From Hydrolagus colliei (lineage: Eukaryota): a stretch of DNA of 64,000 bases. Under the pieces are notes generated by a model. The model had not been told where the DNA came from, did not search any database, and saw only the letters and a program-made list of their open reading frames with translations. The DNA lies in assembly GCA_035084275.1 (NCBI GenBank), contig CM068758.1, positions 11,470,001 to 11,534,000 of the forward strand, written 5' to 3'. Each line of letters begins with the position of its first letter. Within the stretch, counting starts at the first letter, position 1. Of the stretch, positions 58,400 through 64,000 are shown piece by piece. Both the position numbers and the translations under genes were made by a program.

Positions 58400-59807
58400 A
58401 CATGCACGTTATGGGCAGGAAGGGCTTCCGTCCTCTTTACCTCCTGTGTGAAATGATGCCTTCTGGATATAAAGTGCGCTGTGTGTAGGCAACCCCAGGA
58501 GGGATGGCCTGACAACAACAACCACCTGCCTGTGTCAACGCTCCTCCACGCCGGGCGGTGTCTCAGAGAGCTTCACAATGGCGGCGCCCGAGGCCCGAGC
58601 CATGGGTAGGGTGACTGTGAGCGCGAGAAAGACTTTCAGGCGCAAACTGAAGGTGGGGAAGGAGGGGGTGAGGCGAAGGGAGAGAGTTCCAAAGTAACGA
58701 GCGAGGAGGCAGTGGGGGTAACGGAGGAGCAGGTCATGTGGAAACAGTGCTAAACTGAGCCACGGTCCCAGTGAGGCGCTGACTAACAAACAGGGCTGCA
58801 CCACACACACTCAAGCTGTCACGGTGATCGATTATTCACTGTGACTTGAGTTTATAAGGCTTTTGGAGTAAACACTTAAGAAGGTGGTTTGATCCTCAAG
58901 GAATGACTTTATCCCCAGCAGTTCATGAACCTGATTCTAATCCTGATTTGGCCTTTTGTCAAAATACCTTTGTCACACCTGTTCTGCCAACAGTGTCATT
59001 ATTGCCATGTTACACTGCACAACAGGTGATATTATCCATAGGACTTTGATCTTACAGTCCAGGCTGACGCTCCAGTGCAGTACTGGGGGTGCGTTGCGAT
59101 GTCGGAGGTGCCGTCCTTCGGATGACACGTCATATCAAGGCCTCATCTGCCTGGTCAGGCGGGCGTTCAGGATCCCATGATCCCATTTGAAAAGAGAAAG
59201 GAGTTTCTCTTGCTGTCCTGACCAACAATCCCTCAGATAAAATTGGTCGCTCACTTCATGGCTGTCTGTGGGACCTTGTTGTACGCAAATTAGCTGCCGT
59301 GTTCACTCCCGATCATTTCACTTTAGCCTGTTCTGAGACATTCACTGCCATGATTGTGATAAGGCGCTGAGTCAAATGGAAGGATTTATATTATTTTTGA
59401 AAACATATTTGTCATATTGTCCGCCACAGACTACATGGGCCGAATGGCCTCCTTTTGTGCCGTAAAATTCTATGATTCTATGATATTGAACTTTCTATAT
59501 AAACACCATCACGAGGTGGTGATCACAGCTCATGACCGGTTAGTTGCGAGTATTGGGGGCAAGCAGATAAAGAGGAGGTATTGTATTGTACTGTATTGTA
59601 TTAAACAAGTCAGCAAGAACCAACAGTTGGGAGGACGCCCTAAGGCACTGAAATCACTGTGCTTAAGAGTATCTAAACCAAGCTGAGATTCCCATCCATC
59701 CCACCTACACATGGAAGTTTCAGAGAGCCCCAGAGTGTGTGTTGGGGTAACTGCTGGAGTCATTGCCATTGATATTGCTGTCTGACAAGCTTTCCCACAA
59801 CTTGTAA

Positions 59808-60132
59808 TAAAAATAATAACAATAATCCCTGCGTTTGATATAGCACTTTTCACGTCTTCTATATGTCTCAAAGCGCTTCACAGAATATACCGTAAAGTGA
59901 ATTGACTGCATAATTGTGGGCGAAACGCGGCAGCCAATTGCGCACAGCAGCATCCCCACAAACAGTCGTGGATTGAAATGACCAATTTATTGTAAGTGTT
60001 TTGGGGAGGAATTATTATTACGCGTGTGGAGTAAGGAAACTTGCCCAGGGTTTCACCCTGACCTGCCTGGATTCGAAACACAGGTCTCCCACTTGTAAGG
60101 CGAGTGTTCTAACCACTGAGCCACAGGCCTCC
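59808..60132 (-). mobile_element. Full-length tRNA-derived SINE (same family)
   Basis: Same head, body and tail as 58087-58399. Confidence 0.88.
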
Positions 60133-61099
60133 AGCTAGGAACACCCTACCCATGAGGTTAGGGCTTTGCCTTGCAGGGTCAACAAGAGCTGAATGGGACG
60201 ATCTGAGTGATTGATGTTGATTCAACCCAAAGGCAATCTAAACATTACAGTCCCTTCTCTCCCCGTTCAACAAGAAGTCTGGCACATTGCAGATCTCAGT
60301 GACACAGACAACAAACCCTCCTTTGTTTTTCTCATCAACACCTACGAACATCACCTCATTTGTCCCGAGAATATTGTCCGAAAACACACAACCGTCACTG
60401 AATCTTGAGTCTTTCAACGCGACGAGCCAGAGGACTTGTGGTGAGATGTCATTTGTTGACGTCAACCCAACAATGTTGGCTGCACAATAAGTTCTGACCC
60501 TGCCTTCACATTTACCAGTGTCTCTGGAGTGCGTTGGTGACATTACAGCTGATGGATATATTGGGAGAGCAGCTCACTGCCACAACATCTGTGTCCCTTC
60601 TGCTCAGAGCTGAATCAGAGATGACAGGCTCATGTGGTTCCCGAATGCCCTCCACTAAATGAAGTGATGAAGCTATGGAGGCGGCCATGTGTTTGTTTAC
60701 TGGGTTGAGACAGACAACAAGAACAAGTTACATTTATTTTAGACAGAAGAAAAGCCGAGAGCTTCCTTTAATCCTGCATTCCATCAATTTATCAGAACAA
60801 TCTTACACCCAGTGAATGGAAACAAATGAGAAGATTGAGTGGATTAAGTTTTAACAGAAGACCTAGATTAGTGAATTTATTATAAAAACAGCATCTTGCA
60901 TTTATATCGCTCCGTTTACACAGGGTAGCGAACCAGAGCTGACTGTAAGCACGGTCAAAAAAGGAAGTAGGGAGGCAAAGGGCAAGAAGGAGCAATTGAG
61001 GAGAGATTTCCAGAGTTTCGGGAGCCTGGTGACTGAAGGCACAGCCTCCGATGGTGGAGCAGAGGGGGCAAGAGACAAACAGGAGGCCGGAGCCAGCCG

Positions 61100-61231
61100 A
61101 GTGTCTCTGGAGTGCGTTGGTGACATTACAGCTGATGGATATATTGGGAGAGCAGCTCACTGTCACAACATCTGTGTCCCTTCTGCTCAGAGCTGAGTCA
61201 GAGATGACAGGCTCATGTGCTTCCCGAATGC
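61100..61231. repeat. 132-bp duplicate of 60517-60648 flanked by 14-bp direct repeats
   Basis: Three substitutions between the copies; GGAGCCAGCCGAGT at 61089-61102 and 61239-61252. Confidence 0.92.
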
Positions 61232-61591
61232 TCAGTGGGGAGCCAGCCGAGTTGGAGGCAGCGGGCGGTGGAGTGGGAGGATCGGAGAGATAGGGAGGTG
61301 TCATTGAAGGGATTTGAAAATGAATGAGAAGATCTTGAAATCGATCAGTTCGGCAATTGGGAGCCAATGCAGCTTGGCAAGGGCTGGGGTGATGGGGGTA
61401 CGGAGTTTTGTGCGGGTGAGTAACCAGACAGCGGAGGTTTTAATTGATTGAATTTTGTGTACGATGAGTTGGGGAGACCAGCGAGGAGAGCATTGGAACA
61501 GTCAGCCGGGAAGTGACAAAGGCGTTTTGGCTGATTTGGGTGTGAGGTACGGAGAGAGGAGGGCCAATGTGACGGAGGTGGAGAAAAGGGC

Positions 61592-61708
61592 ACCGAAACG
61601 TTAACTCACTTTCCTTTCTCCATAGATGCTGCCTGTTCTGACGAGTGATCCCAGCCCACTTCTGTTTCCATTTCAAATTCCTACATCTGCAGTATTTGCC
61701 TTTCATTT
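61592..61708. mobile_element. Penelope-like element terminal fragment (related pieces at 8308-8375 and 35045-35110)
   Basis: ccgaaacgttaactc...agatgctgcctg...catctgcagtatttg resembles recalled shark Penelope repeat ends. Confidence 0.5.
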
Positions 61709-61849
61709 ACCGCAAGTCGCTCAACTTCACAATAGATTCTCGGTGAACGCTTTAAAGTGTTCTGAGGACATGGTCGGGCGGTGTTTCTAATGAGAGGAAT
61801 ATTATCATCGAATCAAATGTGAAGATGATTTAATGTTTATTGTTAGTTT

Positions 61850-62168
61850 TAATAATAATAATAATCCTTGCATTTGATACAGCGCTTTTCACATCTTTTC
61901 GACGTCTCAAAGCGCTTCACAGAATACACTGTAAAGTGAATTGACTGTATATTTGTGGGAGAAACGCGGCAGCCGATTGCGCACAGCAGCGTCCCCACAA
62001 ACAGCCGTGGATTGAAATGACCAATTTATTATTGTTTTTTGGGAGGGATTATTATTAGGCGTGTGGAGTAAGGAAACTTGCCCAGGGCTTCGCCCTGACC
62101 TGTTTGGATTCGAACACAGTGCTCATGCTTGCAAGGCGAGTGCTCTAGCCATTGAGCTACAGGAGCTC
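61850..62168 (-). mobile_element. Full-length tRNA-derived SINE (same family)
   Basis: Same head, body and tail. Confidence 0.88.
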
Positions 62169-62769
62169 CGCGAAGTTTTGCTGGTTAGGCTCACTGTGTT
62201 GTCCTCCATTGCTGGGAGCCAGGGCTGGGCTGGGAGGAATGAGAGGAAGGACCCACTTTGAACTCCCTCATCAGAGCAGGGACCTCACTGACACTGGGGG
62301 GACCTCAGGGCTTTATGGAACAGTGGCTCGGAGACTGCAATCAACATACAATGTAGAACGTACAACGGCAGCGGCAAAATAATTAATTAGAAAGGTAATA
62401 ATACCATTGTGACTGACCTCAAAGACAAATGAATTATGCTTTGCGTTAATGAAAATTGATTAGCCTTTGGGCTGGGAATTCTGACAAGTTTGTTTGGCAA
62501 AGTCTAATTAGATGAAAGCGGCTTCACCTTTACAACATGACAGCCTCATGATCACTTAATTTCTCGAGGATAATAAAATTGCCATGTGTCTTGTCAACGT
62601 GACGTCCTCCTGATGTGATCCAGGTTCCCGGGTGAGTTGACAACAGCAAAACAACGATGACTTGTGTTGATATAGCGCCCTTCATGTCGCTTAGCGCCCC
62701 ACAGTGCTGATCAGGGAGGTTGAGTGGAGCTGAACCATCATTGTGGCCAATGTCCTAAGTTAAAACCCA

Positions 62770-64000
62770 TTTGAAGTCCTATTCTGGCCTAATGGTCCAC
62801 CAGTCTATCGAGTTGGACAACATCAAAACTTCCCGCTCCGCTCTTGCCTCCGCCAAATCGTGCTTCTTCTCTAGAATAATCTGGGGGACAAACCCAGGCT
62901 CCTATTCTCCACCACAAACCGGCTCCTCCGTCCATTCCCCGCACCCCCCAACCCTCTCAATGTGCCTCGCCTATTCTCTCCTCGAGCTCCCACTGTGAGG
63001 AGATGTTGGATTTCCTGGAGTCGAGGGAAAATCGAGGGAATCGGTTCAGCTGCCTCTGCCCTCCCAACTGCCACTCCTTCACCAGCTCCCTCCATACACC
63101 AACCCATCCTTCCTTCCACACTTTCAAACCTGTCTCCCCCTTCTCTGTGAACACCACCATATCCTCTATGAAGTCCACCGCCTGCTCCCCTGACCCCACC
63201 CCCTACCCTCTCCTATTCAATCTCTCCCTTTCATCCACAAATTTCACTCACAAATATACAATTCACTTTACAGTACATTCTGTGAAGCGCTTTGAGACGT
63301 CTAGAAGACGTGAAAAGCACTATATCAAAGGCAAGGATTATTATTATTATCACCCTCAAAACAGCCACAATAACCCCCATCCTTAAGAAACCTTCCCCGG
63401 ACGCATCCCTGCCTTCCAGTAATGGCCCATCTCCAACCGACCTTGTCTTTCCAAGGTACGTGAAAGACTCGTTGCTTCCCAGCTTCGCTCTTTCCTCTCT
63501 TCCCACTAATCCCTTGAATTGGGTTTCCACGCTGCTTCACAGCACAGAAACTGTTCTGGTCCAGATCACAAATGAGATCTTGACCATTGACAATAATAAA
63601 ATTGGTCATTTCATCCACAGATGAAATCTGCAGATCATCCGCAACTCTGCAGCTCGTGTCCTCTCCCATATCAGGCCCTGCGACCCCATCACCCAGCTCC
63701 ACTGGCTCCCTATTACTCAGAGGATCAAATTCAAGATCCTTGTCCTCACTTTCAAGGCCATCCATGGCCTTGCCCCCCACTACCTCTCTGACCCGGTGAC
63801 CCCCTAATCAGCCTGTCCGCTCCCTCCATTCAGGAGACTCCGGCCTGCTCCATGTCTCCCCCCTGACCCGCCCTACCATCGGTGACCGGGCTTTCAGCCT
63901 CTCTGCCTCTATGCTTTGGAACTCCATCCCAAAATCCTTTTGCCTTGCATCCTCTCTTCCCTCCTTCAACTCTGGACCCTCCTCTTCGACCGTGCCTTCG
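62770..64000 (+). mobile_element. L2 ORF2 fragments with a nested SINE (about 63235-63350), running off the window end
   Basis: KTATITPILKKPSPD, HSTETVLVQITNEIL and LHWLPITQRIKFKILVLTFKA motifs. Confidence 0.8.

Overview
Vertebrate genomic DNA. The repeat content (ATT-tailed tRNA-SINEs, GTT-tailed L2, CR1, Deu-SINEs, shark-type Penelope remnants) points to a cartilaginous fish, probably a holocephalan such as Callorhinchus; this is an inference. Two complete multi-exon genes lie tail-to-tail. CRAMP1 is on the + strand, with a CpG-island promoter near 10.7-11.1 kb and 19 coding exons spanning 14273-36583 (about 1290 aa). WDR24 (GATOR2 subunit) is on the - strand, with a promoter near 53.3-53.7 kb and 9 coding exons spanning 52246-45748 (785 aa). 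All exon phases were checked by hand and are consistent. There is an assembly gap at 53714-54492. I found no clearly new multi-gene system. The most notable signals are: a near-perfect 40-bp GC-rich hairpin about 470 bp upstream of the CRAMP1 ATG; a splice-created uORF whose stop overlaps the CRAMP1 start (AUGA); a U12-type intron in CRAMP1; a fold-back Tigger element in the WDR24 3' region; a 132-bp templated insertion flanked by 14-bp direct repeats; and a 1.3-kb polypurine satellite born inside an L2 element. Comparisons with human proteins are from memory, not from a database search.
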